Notes: generated from the letters alone by a model not told the origin. DNA of 43,889 bases from an uncultured Porphyromonadaceae bacterium (GCA_947178245.1 CAMWXO010000001.1:1-43889); one strand, 5' to 3'; numbered from the stretch's first letter, positions 1 to 9,432 are shown. A program made the numbers and translations.

Positions 1-199
1 TGGATAAGTGATGCCGGAAACTGAAAAAGGCCTCGCGGGGAACTGTTTTTTATCTAAATTCTGACATTCGCCACCGGATTTGAATGTATCGAGCCGAACG
101 TACGGTGCAGTAGCGAGGGGGACTTGTGAACCGTAATGGAGGGTATGTGTGTTATAATCATAAATAAATCTGATTGCACTATAAATACCCCTCAAATCT

Positions 200-1126
200 A
201 TGGAATATGACTATATATGCTCATCAAGGGCGGAATTGACCGGACGGATCGGGTCGGTCATAAACGGGGCTGTGGAGAGGCTTTCATCCATGTCGGCTGA
301 AGAGAGACGGATTACACCTGCCTCATGCGGGCCTCTGCCATCGGTGGAGGCGGTGCACGAAATATTGTCGCTTGTGAAGACTGTGATGTTTCCTGAGTTT
401 CATGACATCTATCACGGCACCCGTGCCATGGAGAAGGCGCGGCTCTCTGTCAGTGCCGAAAGACTTTTCAGGAGTCTTTCCAAGGAAATAGGCCATGCCC
501 TGTTCCAGAAGAATCCTGATTGCGGATCGTCTTGTGCAGCGGAGAAGGGCATCGAACTGGCGCTGGTAATAATTGAACGACTTCCTGAGATAAAGAGGTT
601 GCTATATACCGACGTGCAGGCTATCTTCGACAATGATCCTGCCACGGAAGATTTCGGAGAGATAATCCTCAGTTATCCCGTGGTTCACGCGATGGTTCAC
701 TATCGGTTTGCTCATGAACTTCTGAGAGCAGGAGTGCCGGTGCTTCCCCGCATCATAACGGAACTTGCCCATTCTGATACGGGTATAGACATCAACCCGG
801 GCGCCACTATCGGGGAATATTTCGCTATTGACCACGGCACGGGCGTCGTGATAGGCGAGACGTGCATAATCGGTAATCATGTGACATTATATCAGGGCGT
901 TACTCTTGGCGCAAGAAACTTCACCCTCAACGGCGAGGGACATCCCATCAACGTTCCGCGTCACCCAATACTTGAAGATCATGTCACTGTCTATGCCAAC
1001 GCCACGATACTTGGCAGGATTACCGTTGGACATGATACGATAGTGGGCGGAAACGTATGGCTGACGAAATCAGTGCCTCCGCATTCGAGAGTGCTGCAGA
1101 AAAACGCCGAGTTTACCGTGAGATAG
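200..1126 (+). CDS. cysE: Serine O-acetyltransferase (Bacteroidales CysE/EpsC type)
   Basis: DNDPA motif, TGIDINPGATIG...IDHGTGVVIGET...LYQGVTLG...RHP hexapeptide region; directly upstream of cysK. Confidence 0.93.
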   Translation: MEYDYICSSRAELTGRIGSVINGAVERLSSMSAEERRITPASCGPLPSVEAVHEILSLVKTVMFPEFHDIYHGTRAMEKARLSVSAERLFRSLSKEIGHALFQKNPDCGSSCAAEKGIELALVIIERLPEIKRLLYTDVQAIFDNDPATEDFGEIILSYPVVHAMVHYRFAHELLRAGVPVLPRIITELAHSDTGIDINPGATIGEYFAIDHGTGVVIGETCIIGNHVTLYQGVTLGARNFTLNGEGHPINVPRHPILEDHVTVYANATILGRITVGHDTIVGGNVWLTKSVPPHSRVLQKNAEFTVR

Positions 1127-1257
1127 CTATTCCCTCCAAACTCTCCACTCCCAACTATAATCAGACAAAATTACGTTAATCTCCAGAGGTCAAAATCAAT
1201 TTAAGTTGATCTTGTGAGAAATTAAACTATTTATAACCCACCTAAATACTAAAGTCA

Positions 1258-2175
1258 ATGAAGATATATGAATCCATACGTGAACTGATAGGAAACACCC
1301 CTCTTATTGAAGCAAGGAATATTGAAAGAGATGAGAATCTGAAGGCCCGTATATTGCTGAAGGTCGAGGCGTTCAATCCCGGCGGCAGCGTGAAAGACCG
1401 TATAGCAAAAGCAATGATCGACGATGCCGAGGCGTCAGGACGTCTGAAACCCGGAGGAACCATTATTGAGCCTACGAGCGGTAACACCGGAATCGGTCTT
1501 ACCTGGATCGGAATGTCGAAGGGCTACCGCGTGGTCATCTGCATGCCTGAGACCATGAGCGACGAGCGAAAGAAGATCCTCTCCGCCATGGGCGCGGAAC
1601 TCGTGCTCACTTCCGGTAAGGATGGCATGAAGGGTGCGATCGCGAAAGCGCGGGAACTCAGCGATGAGATTCCCGGAAGTGTGGTTATGAGCCAGTTTGA
1701 TAATCCTGCCAATCCTGAGATTCACTCTGTCACCACTGCCGAGGAGATTTGGCGGGATACAGATGGCGTTGTCGATATATTCGTTGCCGGCGTAGGAACG
1801 GGAGGAACACTCTCCGGAACCGCGAGAACACTAAGGAAATATAACCCTGAGATGCTGGTGGTGGCTGTGGAGCCCGATAGATCACCGGTGATTTCCGGCG
1901 GTCAGGCGGGGCCGCATAAAATCCAGGGAATAGGAGCGGGGTTCATTCCCGGCAACTATGATGGTTCGCTGGTCGACGTAGTAATGCGAATCTCTGATGA
2001 AGAGGCGTTTGAATGCCAGCGTATGCTTGCAAGGAAGGAAGGTATCTTTGCGGGTATATCTTCAGGAGCGGCATTTGCAGCCGCCTTGAAGGAGGCTCGG
2101 AAAGAGGAGAACGAGGGCAAGACCATCGTGGTCATCCTTCCTGACACTGGCGAGCGCTATCTCTCGATGCTGTAG
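1258..2175 (+). CDS. cysK: Cysteine synthase A (O-acetylserine thiol-lyase)
   Basis: LIGNTPL, NPGGSVKDR (PLP lysine), EPTSGNTG, GVGTGGT, HKIQGIGAG, PDTGERYLS. Confidence 0.97.
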   Translation: MKIYESIRELIGNTPLIEARNIERDENLKARILLKVEAFNPGGSVKDRIAKAMIDDAEASGRLKPGGTIIEPTSGNTGIGLTWIGMSKGYRVVICMPETMSDERKKILSAMGAELVLTSGKDGMKGAIAKARELSDEIPGSVVMSQFDNPANPEIHSVTTAEEIWRDTDGVVDIFVAGVGTGGTLSGTARTLRKYNPEMLVVAVEPDRSPVISGGQAGPHKIQGIGAGFIPGNYDGSLVDVVMRISDEEAFECQRMLARKEGIFAGISSGAAFAAALKEARKEENEGKTIVVILPDTGERYLSML

Positions 2176-2242
2176 GTGAATCATTATCCTGAAAAGGAAT
2201 TTATGCACCCGATAATGCTTCGGGGAGTATTCAATACGATAA

Positions 2243-2276
2243 AAGGCTTTAAGGGTAATTGCGCCCTTAAAGCCTT
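2243..2276. terminator. Probable bidirectional intrinsic terminator
   Basis: Perfect 13-bp stem AAGGCTTTAAGGG / CCCTTAAAGCCTT between convergent cysK and YhcH-family genes, with A/T-rich flanks. Confidence 0.8.
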
Positions 2277-2298
2277 ATTTCATAAGAGTGTTGTGCGA

Positions 2299-2841
2299 TT
2301 ATTTTGCGTATTCTATCTTGCCTACGGCCTTGCGGCTCGGGCCCGCATGCTCGTGAGCCCTCACCGAGGGCTGGTGCATGTCTTTCGGGAAGTATAGGAA
2401 GAAGGTGTCGTGGGGAGCGGGCACGTATGATATGGGCTCGTCTGTGGTGTAGTTGGTCTTGTCTTTCACGGCGTCGTACGGCCCCGTGGGGATGACATGG
2501 CCGGCGAGGCCCATGAGTTCGTCGCCTTCAAAGGTATATTGCAGGTCGATGAAATTCTCATGGCTCTCTATCTTGGTGTCTTCAGCACTTTTGGGAGTGT
2601 ATTCCAGGATATTGACCCAGAGGCGTCCGGGCACGATATCATGTTTGCCAGCGGCTACGGTCTTGAGATCTGTATTTTTCAGCCAGACGAAAAGTGCGTC
2701 CCAGAGTTCGGGATTTGCGGCATACTGCTCGGCAAATTCCACAGCGTCGATGGTCGGGTCGGCTTTCAGTTCCAGCCCTTTGGCCCATGCGCGGCTGTCT
2801 ACCCACGCCTGAGCCTCTTCTTTAGTGAATGTCTTCTTCAT
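2299..2841 (-). CDS. YhcH/YjgK/YiaL (NanQ-like) family protein, putative sugar-acid anomerase/accessory
   Basis: ESHENFIDLQY..GDE and FFLYFPKDMHQP...RKAVGKI motifs; last gene of a sugar-acid operon. Confidence 0.85.
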   Translation of the reverse strand: MKKTFTKEEAQAWVDSRAWAKGLELKADPTIDAVEFAEQYAANPELWDALFVWLKNTDLKTVAAGKHDIVPGRLWVNILEYTPKSAEDTKIESHENFIDLQYTFEGDELMGLAGHVIPTGPYDAVKDKTNYTTDEPISYVPAPHDTFFLYFPKDMHQPSVRAHEHAGPSRKAVGKIEYAK

Positions 2842-2853
2842 ATTGTTGATGAG

Positions 2854-3079
2854 GTTTAGGTAGTTTAGTAAGGTTTAAATAGTTTAAATGGTTTAGGAAG
2901 TTTAGTAAGGTTTAAATAGTTTAGGAAGTTTAGAATGGTTTAAATGGTTTAGGTAGTTTAGAATGGTTTAAATGGTTTAGGAAGTTTAAAATCGAACTAA
3001 ACTCATTAAACCTCATTAAACCACTTAAACCACTTAAACCTTTTAAACTTTATTAAACCACTTAAACTTTTAAACTGTT
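2854..3079. repeat. Inverted pair of degenerate 9-10-bp tandem arrays (15 GTTTA units, then 9 TAAAC units)
   Basis: Direct reading: gtttaggta gtttagtaag gtttaaata ... then taaactcat taaacctcat taaaccact ... Confidence 0.92.
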
Positions 3080-4228
3080 TACGGTTGCCATGATTCCGCC
3101 CACCATGCCGAGCGCGAGCATACGGCCATGGAAGGAGTAGCCGGCATTGTATCCCATCTTCTCGTCGCCGAGCATGAGGGGAGCGTGATCCACACGCATC
3201 GGCACGTCGGGACGTAGTGTCTCGAAAGTCTTTACCACGTCAATCAGGCGCGGATCGAGGTGAGACGACTCCTTGAAGTCTCCGTTAGGCTGCGGCTGGC
3301 AGATGCGGGCATGCACGAAATGTGTGCGGTCGGCATATTTCTTTGCGAGAGCGGGAACGTCGTTGTGCGCGCCCGCGCTCAGGCTGCCCGCGCAGAATGT
3401 CAGGCCGTTGTGAGGATTCGGCACTGCATCGAGAAATGCCTGAATGTCGGCATCGCAGGTCACGATGCGCGGCAGTCCGAGTATCTGCATCGGAGGGTCG
3501 TCGGGATGCACGCACATGTTGATGTCATATTCATCGCATACCGGCATGATGGCATTTAGGAAGTATGCCATGTTCTCGCGCAGCTTCTTTGCATCGATGC
3601 CTTTGTAGAGGTCGAGCAGGGAGCGGAATTTCTCAACGGGTTTCAGATCTTTCTCAGAGATGTTGCCGTTGACGAATCCCTGTGTCTTCACGATGATGTT
3701 GTCTACCAGTCGCTTCTCCGCTTCCGCGTCCATGCGCGGAGCCACTTCCTCGCGCATCCGGCGCAGGGTCTCCTCGTCATAGTCCTTCTCGGCGTCCTCG
3801 CGCTTCAGGATATGGATGTCGAAATATGCGAATTCGGCGCGGTTGAAGTAGAGGTTGGAAGTCCCGTCGGGGTTGGGATATTCCAGTTCGGTACGTGCCC
3901 AGTCGAGCACCGGCATGAAGTTGTAGCAGATGGTCTTCACTCCGGCTTTCCCGAGATTGGCGAGGCTTATCTTGTAGTTCTCGATCAGTTGGTCGCGGTC
4001 GGGGCCGCCATATTTTATCGACTCGCTCACCGGAAGGCTTTCGACTACGCTCCAGCGCAGACCGTGGCTTTCGATATAGTCCTTCATCTTATTGACTTCC
4101 TCCTCAGTCCACACCTCTCCGTTGGGGATATGGTGGAGCGCTGTGACGATGCCTTCCACACCTATCTGTCGGAGCATGTCGAGGGTAATCTTATCGTTGG
4201 GTCCGAACCAACGCCATGTCTTTTCCAT
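3062..4228 (-). CDS. uxuA: Mannonate dehydratase
   Basis: MEKTWRWFG, WSVVESLPV, ICYNFMPVLDWART, HPDDPP, NGLTFCAGS, RVDH, GYSFHGR. Confidence 0.95.
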   Translation of the reverse strand: MEKTWRWFGPNDKITLDMLRQIGVEGIVTALHHIPNGEVWTEEEVNKMKDYIESHGLRWSVVESLPVSESIKYGGPDRDQLIENYKISLANLGKAGVKTICYNFMPVLDWARTELEYPNPDGTSNLYFNRAEFAYFDIHILKREDAEKDYDEETLRRMREEVAPRMDAEAEKRLVDNIIVKTQGFVNGNISEKDLKPVEKFRSLLDLYKGIDAKKLRENMAYFLNAIMPVCDEYDINMCVHPDDPPMQILGLPRIVTCDADIQAFLDAVPNPHNGLTFCAGSLSAGAHNDVPALAKKYADRTHFVHARICQPQPNGDFKESSHLDPRLIDVVKTFETLRPDVPMRVDHAPLMLGDEKMGYNAGYSFHGRMLALGMVGGIMATVNSLKV

Positions 4229-4283
4229 AAATATGTATTGTCGGTTAGTTATGATTGTCTTGCTTGGCCAGATCGGTCATCAA

Positions 4284-5306
4284 TCAGTTGAAATCCACGA
4301 GTATGCGGAATACGTCGCCCCGGTGGGAATCCCAGTATTCCAGAATCTCGGCCGCACCTTCGGGCCGGACGATAGCCGACACGAGGGCGTCTACAGGGCA
4401 CTCGCCACGCATGAGATATCGCTTTACGGCTTCAAAATCTTCCGGAAGCGCGTTGCGCGATCCGCGTATGTCAAGTTCCTTCTGCACGAACAGTTTGGTC
4501 TGGAATGTCACCGGCTGGGCGGAATATCCGATACACACCACGCGCCCGGCAAACGACACTTCATTGACGGCGAGATTGTATGTGAACGGAGCTCCTACCG
4601 CTTCTATCACCACATCGGGGCCGTCGCCGCAGGTGATCTGCTGCAATTGGTCATGGAAGTCTTCTTTCGTGGAGTCAAGACCGTAGGCGGCGCCCAGACT
4701 TTTGGCGAGTTCAAGTTTTTTCTCATCAATGTCTACGGCTATGACTCTGGCTCCGCGCAGTGATGCCCTTACGATGGCGCCCAGGCCGATCATGCCGCAC
4801 CCGATCACCATCACGGTGTCGAGATCGGTGACCTCACCGCGTGAGACGGCATGGAAGCCCACGCTCATCGGCTCGATGAGTGCGCACTCTTTTACGCTCA
4901 GCCCCTCGGCTGCCACAATTTTCTGCCAGGGCACGGCTATATATTCCGACATGGCGCCGTGGCGCTGCACTCCCAGAGTCTGATTGTCGCGGCATGTGTT
5001 GGGGCGGCGTTTACGGCACGGCGGGCATTTTCCGCAGGCCGTGTAGGGATTCACCGTCACGCTCATGCCTTTCGTGAAGAGACCGGCGGGAACGTCCGCC
5101 CCGATCTCCTCAACCACGCCTCCTATCTCATGGCCCGGCACCACCGGTGAGATGGCGAGTTGGTTTTTACCCAGATATGTGTTAAGGTCAGACCCGCAGA
5201 AGCCTACGTAGCCTATTTTCACGAGCACCTCATCGGCCTTCAGTTCAGGCTTCGGGCGCTCGGTGACCGAGACTTTGCCCGGGCCTTCAATCAATATTGT
5301 CTTCAT
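4284..5306 (-). CDS. Zinc-dependent sugar-acid dehydrogenase (L-galactonate/L-gulonate 5-dehydrogenase-like)
   Basis: GFCGSD, GHE, CGKCPPC..C structural Zn site, GCGMIG Rossmann motif, KELDIRGSRNA; operon context. Confidence 0.85.
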   Translation of the reverse strand: MKTILIEGPGKVSVTERPKPELKADEVLVKIGYVGFCGSDLNTYLGKNQLAISPVVPGHEIGGVVEEIGADVPAGLFTKGMSVTVNPYTACGKCPPCRKRRPNTCRDNQTLGVQRHGAMSEYIAVPWQKIVAAEGLSVKECALIEPMSVGFHAVSRGEVTDLDTVMVIGCGMIGLGAIVRASLRGARVIAVDIDEKKLELAKSLGAAYGLDSTKEDFHDQLQQITCGDGPDVVIEAVGAPFTYNLAVNEVSFAGRVVCIGYSAQPVTFQTKLFVQKELDIRGSRNALPEDFEAVKRYLMRGECPVDALVSAIVRPEGAAEILEYWDSHRGDVFRILVDFN

Positions 5307-5345
5307 TGTCAGGTGTTATTGAAGTTCAAAATTCAAAATTACATT

Positions 5346-6275
5346 TTATTCCGACATGTTCTTGATGTAGGGAAGATCAGGGAGCTCTCCGAAGCCGTAG
5401 AAAGACTTTGCGTTGCCGCCCAGGAATGCCCTTTTCTCATCCATGCTGAGCAAGTCGCTCTTCACGATGAAGTCGTAACTCATCCGGTAGGTGATGGCCG
5501 TGATCGTGCGTGGATAGTCTGATCCCCACATAAGTTTGTCGATTCCCACCATATCGGCGGCTTTCCTTATGGCCTCCACCGCTCCCCTGAAGGGATAGAA
5601 CTCGGAATTGAAGAGCCAGGTTATGCCTCCCGATTCAATCCTGACGTTGTCATGGCGGGCGAGCCTGATCTGCTCGAGCCAGTCTCCGCACGTCACCATC
5701 CCGAAGTGCCCAATAGCTATCTTCAGGCCCGGAAAGCGAGCTATGACGTCTTCCATCTCCTTCACCTGCACGTCGCCCGGAGCGAGAGTGACCGAAAGTA
5801 TGGCCCCCTTCTTTTCCATGATGGCAAACATATCGAGCATCTCTCCCGAATTGAGCCATACACGCCTCCCTTCTTCAAGCGGAAGCCTGTGGGCGGGAAT
5901 CGCTATGGCGCGGAATCCGCTGTCGAGCAGGCCGGCGGCCTCCTCTGCGAAGCCGGGCTTCAGGTAATCGCACATGCCGCAGCAGAGGAAGCGCTCGGGA
6001 TACTGACGCTGTACCGTCTCGAGATATTCATTCTGATTTCCGTCTATAAACTCCTGGGTCACGACCGCGGCCGCCACCTGCGCGTAGTCCATGTTGGAGA
6101 GGAAGACCTCGGCGCTGTTGCGGCCATCTATCATGAAGGGGGGCAGCATCTGCCTTATCTCGCCGAAAAATTCCGCCCGGCCGTTGGGAAGTTGTCTCAC
6201 GCGGCCGCCCTGCACCTCGGAGTTCTGGCTCAGCCAGAGATGGGCGTGGGCGTCTATGATCTGAAACTCAGCCAT
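5346..6275 (-). CDS. Amidohydrolase-family sugar lactonase (L-galactono-1,5-lactonase-like)
   Basis: IIDAHAHLW, AIGHFG, LMWGSDYP; lies between an aldo-keto reductase and a Zn-dehydrogenase; alternative GTG start at 6284. Confidence 0.82.
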   Translation of the reverse strand: MAEFQIIDAHAHLWLSQNSEVQGGRVRQLPNGRAEFFGEIRQMLPPFMIDGRNSAEVFLSNMDYAQVAAAVVTQEFIDGNQNEYLETVQRQYPERFLCCGMCDYLKPGFAEEAAGLLDSGFRAIAIPAHRLPLEEGRRVWLNSGEMLDMFAIMEKKGAILSVTLAPGDVQVKEMEDVIARFPGLKIAIGHFGMVTCGDWLEQIRLARHDNVRIESGGITWLFNSEFYPFRGAVEAIRKAADMVGIDKLMWGSDYPRTITAITYRMSYDFIVKSDLLSMDEKRAFLGGNAKSFYGFGELPDLPYIKNMSE

Positions 6276-6280
6276 CGGGG

Positions 6281-7213
6281 TCACGAATTTTTCCAGCTGA
6301 CGCGCTGCTGATCGCCGATTATCTCCTGCACTTTCCTCACGAGCTCTTCAGGAGCCTTCTCCTCAACGTAGGCTATGTTGCGCTTCACGTTGTCGGGATT
6401 TGCCGAGCTGAAGAGGGTCGTGGCTATGCGCGGATTGTCTACTGAATACTGCAGGGCGAGTTTCTCGATAGGATATCCGGCTTCACGGCAGTATTCCGCA
6501 GCCTTGCGGCAGGCTTCCACGAGAGCCTCCGGAGCCGGGTGCCAGTCGGGCACGCCTCTGCTCGAGAGCAGTCCCATCGATAGGGGAGAGGCATTGATCA
6601 CGCCTATGCCGCGTTCCTCGAAAAAGGGGAGGAAATCTATGAGTTTGTCGTCGTTCAGGGAATAGTGGCAGAAATTAAGAATGCTCTCCACCATGCCGGG
6701 CGCAGTGTGCTCCACCACCCACTTCAGGTTTTCGAGCTGAAGGTCGGTGATGCCCACGTGGCTCACTATGCCCTTGTCGCGCAGCGAGACGAGGGCGGGC
6801 AGGGTCTCTTCGGCCACCTGCCGCAGATAGGCGAATTCTATGTCGTGCACATTTATGAGGTCGATATGGTCTATGCCGAGGCGATCCATGCTCTCCTCCA
6901 CGCTTCTGAGGGCCCGCTCGCCGGAGTAGTCCCACGTGTTTACGCCGTCTTTACCGTAGCGCCCAACTTTGGTGGAAAGGTAATATTTGTCGCGCGGAAT
7001 GCCTCGCAGGGCCTTGCCGAGCACGGTCTCGGCCTTGTAGTGGCCATAGTATGGCGACACGTCGATGAAGTTGATTCCTCCGTCGATGGCTGCATACACC
7101 GCTTCGATGGCGGCGCCCTCATCAATGTTCCTGAACACGCCTCCGAGCGACGATGCTCCGAAACTCAACTGCGACACTTTCATCCCGGTGCGCCCTATTT
7201 CTCTGTATTCCAT
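6281..7213 (-). CDS. Aldo/keto reductase, L-galactose dehydrogenase-like
   Basis: TGMKVSQLSFGASSLG, GINFIDVSPYYG, STKVGRY, HDIEF, NASPLSMGLL. Confidence 0.87.
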   Translation of the reverse strand: MEYREIGRTGMKVSQLSFGASSLGGVFRNIDEGAAIEAVYAAIDGGINFIDVSPYYGHYKAETVLGKALRGIPRDKYYLSTKVGRYGKDGVNTWDYSGERALRSVEESMDRLGIDHIDLINVHDIEFAYLRQVAEETLPALVSLRDKGIVSHVGITDLQLENLKWVVEHTAPGMVESILNFCHYSLNDDKLIDFLPFFEERGIGVINASPLSMGLLSSRGVPDWHPAPEALVEACRKAAEYCREAGYPIEKLALQYSVDNPRIATTLFSSANPDNVKRNIAYVEEKAPEELVRKVQEIIGDQQRVSWKNS

Positions 7214-7254
7214 ATAGCTTAAAATTTCACGGATGGTTTGAATGGTTTGAAATG

Positions 7255-7262
7255 CAAATTTA
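7255..7262 (-). promoter_or_regulatory. Bacteroidetes -7 promoter box for the AKR-uxuA operon
   Basis: TAAATTTG(CA) on the minus strand matches TAnnTTTG, ~40 bp upstream of the start. Confidence 0.6.
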
Positions 7263-7309
7263 TATAAAATATTTCATTTTTAAAAGGTTTTGTGAGGAAA
7301 CGTTCTCAT

Positions 7310-9322
7310 CTATCGGCTCCCCTGACGTATATTCATGCTGTCGCGGCCGTGCGTCGTGCGCACTTCTATCATAGTGCCTTCGGGCGACAACGGCACATCC
7401 TCCCATATAAGCACATTCACCTCATCGGGAGAAGCCTTTCCAAATTTCCTGCCGTCCACATATAATTCGCCGGCTCCGTCGTTGCTGAATGCCATGATGG
7501 TGGTGGTTTCGCCGCTTCTCGGCTCCCGCTTGCCGGCGATGTGCACGAACTTGTCTGCCTTGTTCCAGTTGGCTTTGTAGAAATAGAAGGCGTCTTTCCG
7601 GGTTTGCCTGTCGTAAGTGACGAGTCCCTTGTCGTTTCTGCCCGGCGTGTCGCCCTCGTCGCGCGAGGCGGCGCAGAAATCAAACATGCACCAGATGAAA
7701 TTGCACCATAGCCAATCTCTCCGGGCGAGTTGCCGGTAGCTCTCGATATGATAATGAGTCTGCCAGTTTTCGGGATGCCGGTGTCCCCAGGGCTCGGGAC
7801 GCACGAGCCCTGCGCTTTGCTGCATCACGCTTCCTCCGGCGCCATACTCGCTCATGCCGATCTTGCGCTCGGGATGAGCCGCATGCTCCTCGTCAAGCCA
7901 CGTGCCAAGCTCTTCCGGGTCGCCGGCATACCAGCCGAAATATTTGTTGAAGGCGATGATGTCGGTGAAGCCATTGAAGTCATCATTCTGATTGCTGGCT
8001 CCCATGGTCATCCTCGAGGGGTCGATGCTGTGGGCGATGCTGTCGAGACGCGTCACCATGTCCGACGGACGGTCGAGCCATCCGGAATTGATCTCATTGA
8101 AAAGGCCCCAGGCGAATACCGACGGATGGTGATGATACTGATAGATCATTTCCTTCAATTGCGTGGTGAGATTCTCGTCGTAGGCCGGGTTGTTGACGTA
8201 GACATTGACGAATGGAATCTCTATCCATGCCGCCAGCCCGGCAGAGTCAAGCATACTGACGAAGGATTCCGACTGGGGATAATGGCTCATTCTCACGGCG
8301 TTGCATCCCATTTCCCTGATTATGTCCACATCCCGGCTATGGTCGGTGAGGGTGAGGGCCGAGGCCCGCTCCGCCACGTCTTCGTGTCGGTTGACGCCGT
8401 TGAGTCTGTAGGGTTTCCCGTTAAGGAAGAAGCCGCCGTCGGCCGTGGCTTCGAAATTACGCAGGCCTACGGGCACTTCGCGTATATCCACTGTGCGCCC
8501 GTCTTGCCTCAGTTCCACTCGCCCGGTGTAGATGTGCGGGTCTGACGTCCCGTTCCATAGTCTTGGCCTGTCGATTTTCACCGGAAGTGAGATCGGGCTG
8601 CCGAAATCTTTTACATCTGTCGTTCCGCTGAATACCACCCTGTCGTCGTCTCTGACTGTGAATTCCACTTCATAGCCGTCGGCAGGAACCGACGCATCGC
8701 CTGAAGAAATATACGCCACTCCCTTGAGCGTGGCTGCCTGTTCGTTCACTTCTTCCGGAAAGAAGAAGACTCCGGGAGAGGCGTGGAAGTCAGGCGCTAT
8801 GCAGACGGGATCCGTGATGATGAGTTCCACGCCCCGCGGCAGTCCGCCGTAGATGTTGAAATCGCCGCATATAGGGGCCACATCCATCGTCGGCGCATTG
8901 CTTACCCTTATCTCAAGCAGACTTTCCTTTCCGGGCGTCAGATAGTCAGTGATCTCGGTCACGAAGGCTGTGTAGCCGCCGCGGTGCTGAGTCACGAAGT
9001 GATTGTCGATAAACACGTCGGCCACCGTCTGCGCCGCGTTCACTTTCAGGAACACTCTCTTGTCTGGTTGCATTAGCCCGGCGGGGAGCATACGCGAATA
9101 GTTGCAGAGTCCCCTGAAATAATTCTTGTCTCCAAACATCGCGTCTTTCCTGTTCCAGGTGTGGGGAAGGGTCACGTCTGAGATTTCATGGGCGGGAGCC
9201 TGAAATCCGTAATGAAAGCGCCATCTGTCGTTGATGGGCAGTGTGTCGCTTCCCTCCGCCGGGAGGGCGGAAAGAAAGCTCAGAATAGCGCCGGCTGCTA
9301 AGAATGCGGGTCTGATTTTCAT
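7310..9322 (-). CDS. GH2 beta-glucuronidase, exported
   Basis: GVNRHED, RMSHYPQ, acid/base LFNE, nucleophile SEYG, NKYFGWY and NDKG (NxKG glucuronidase motif); signal peptide from MKIRPAFL; next to uxuA. Confidence 0.83.
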   Translation of the reverse strand: MKIRPAFLAAGAILSFLSALPAEGSDTLPINDRWRFHYGFQAPAHEISDVTLPHTWNRKDAMFGDKNYFRGLCNYSRMLPAGLMQPDKRVFLKVNAAQTVADVFIDNHFVTQHRGGYTAFVTEITDYLTPGKESLLEIRVSNAPTMDVAPICGDFNIYGGLPRGVELIITDPVCIAPDFHASPGVFFFPEEVNEQAATLKGVAYISSGDASVPADGYEVEFTVRDDDRVVFSGTTDVKDFGSPISLPVKIDRPRLWNGTSDPHIYTGRVELRQDGRTVDIREVPVGLRNFEATADGGFFLNGKPYRLNGVNRHEDVAERASALTLTDHSRDVDIIREMGCNAVRMSHYPQSESFVSMLDSAGLAAWIEIPFVNVYVNNPAYDENLTTQLKEMIYQYHHHPSVFAWGLFNEINSGWLDRPSDMVTRLDSIAHSIDPSRMTMGASNQNDDFNGFTDIIAFNKYFGWYAGDPEELGTWLDEEHAAHPERKIGMSEYGAGGSVMQQSAGLVRPEPWGHRHPENWQTHYHIESYRQLARRDWLWCNFIWCMFDFCAASRDEGDTPGRNDKGLVTYDRQTRKDAFYFYKANWNKADKFVHIAGKREPRSGETTTIMAFSNDGAGELYVDGRKFGKASPDEVNVLIWEDVPLSPEGTMIEVRTTHGRDSMNIRQGSR

Positions 9323-9364
9323 GGTGAATAAGGTCTTAGGGTTTATAGGTGGATGATTATAAGG

Positions 9365-9432
9365 CAAAATTACATAAATTTTTTTATATCCGGAACTTTT
9401 GTTGGAAAATTCGATTTTTATTTCTATTTTTG
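9365..9432. promoter_or_regulatory. Divergent -7 promoter boxes (GH2 leftward, GH13 rightward)
   Basis: TAATTTTG on the minus strand at 9365-9372 and TATTTTTG on the plus strand at 9425-9432. Confidence 0.6.

Noticed and set aside
1-24. Possible 3' end of an upstream gene (WISDAGN*)
   Set aside because: Only 7 codons are visible; cannot be supported or named
91-123. GAGCCG..ACGTACGGTG..GAGGGGG resembles group II intron domain V/VI
   Set aside because: The upper D5 helix and GNRA loop are missing, and there is no D6 stem or RT ORF; probably chance
2854-3079. Repeat array as a CRISPR or coding repeat
   Set aside because: No unique spacers, units are only 9-10 bp, no cas genes, and frequent stop codons
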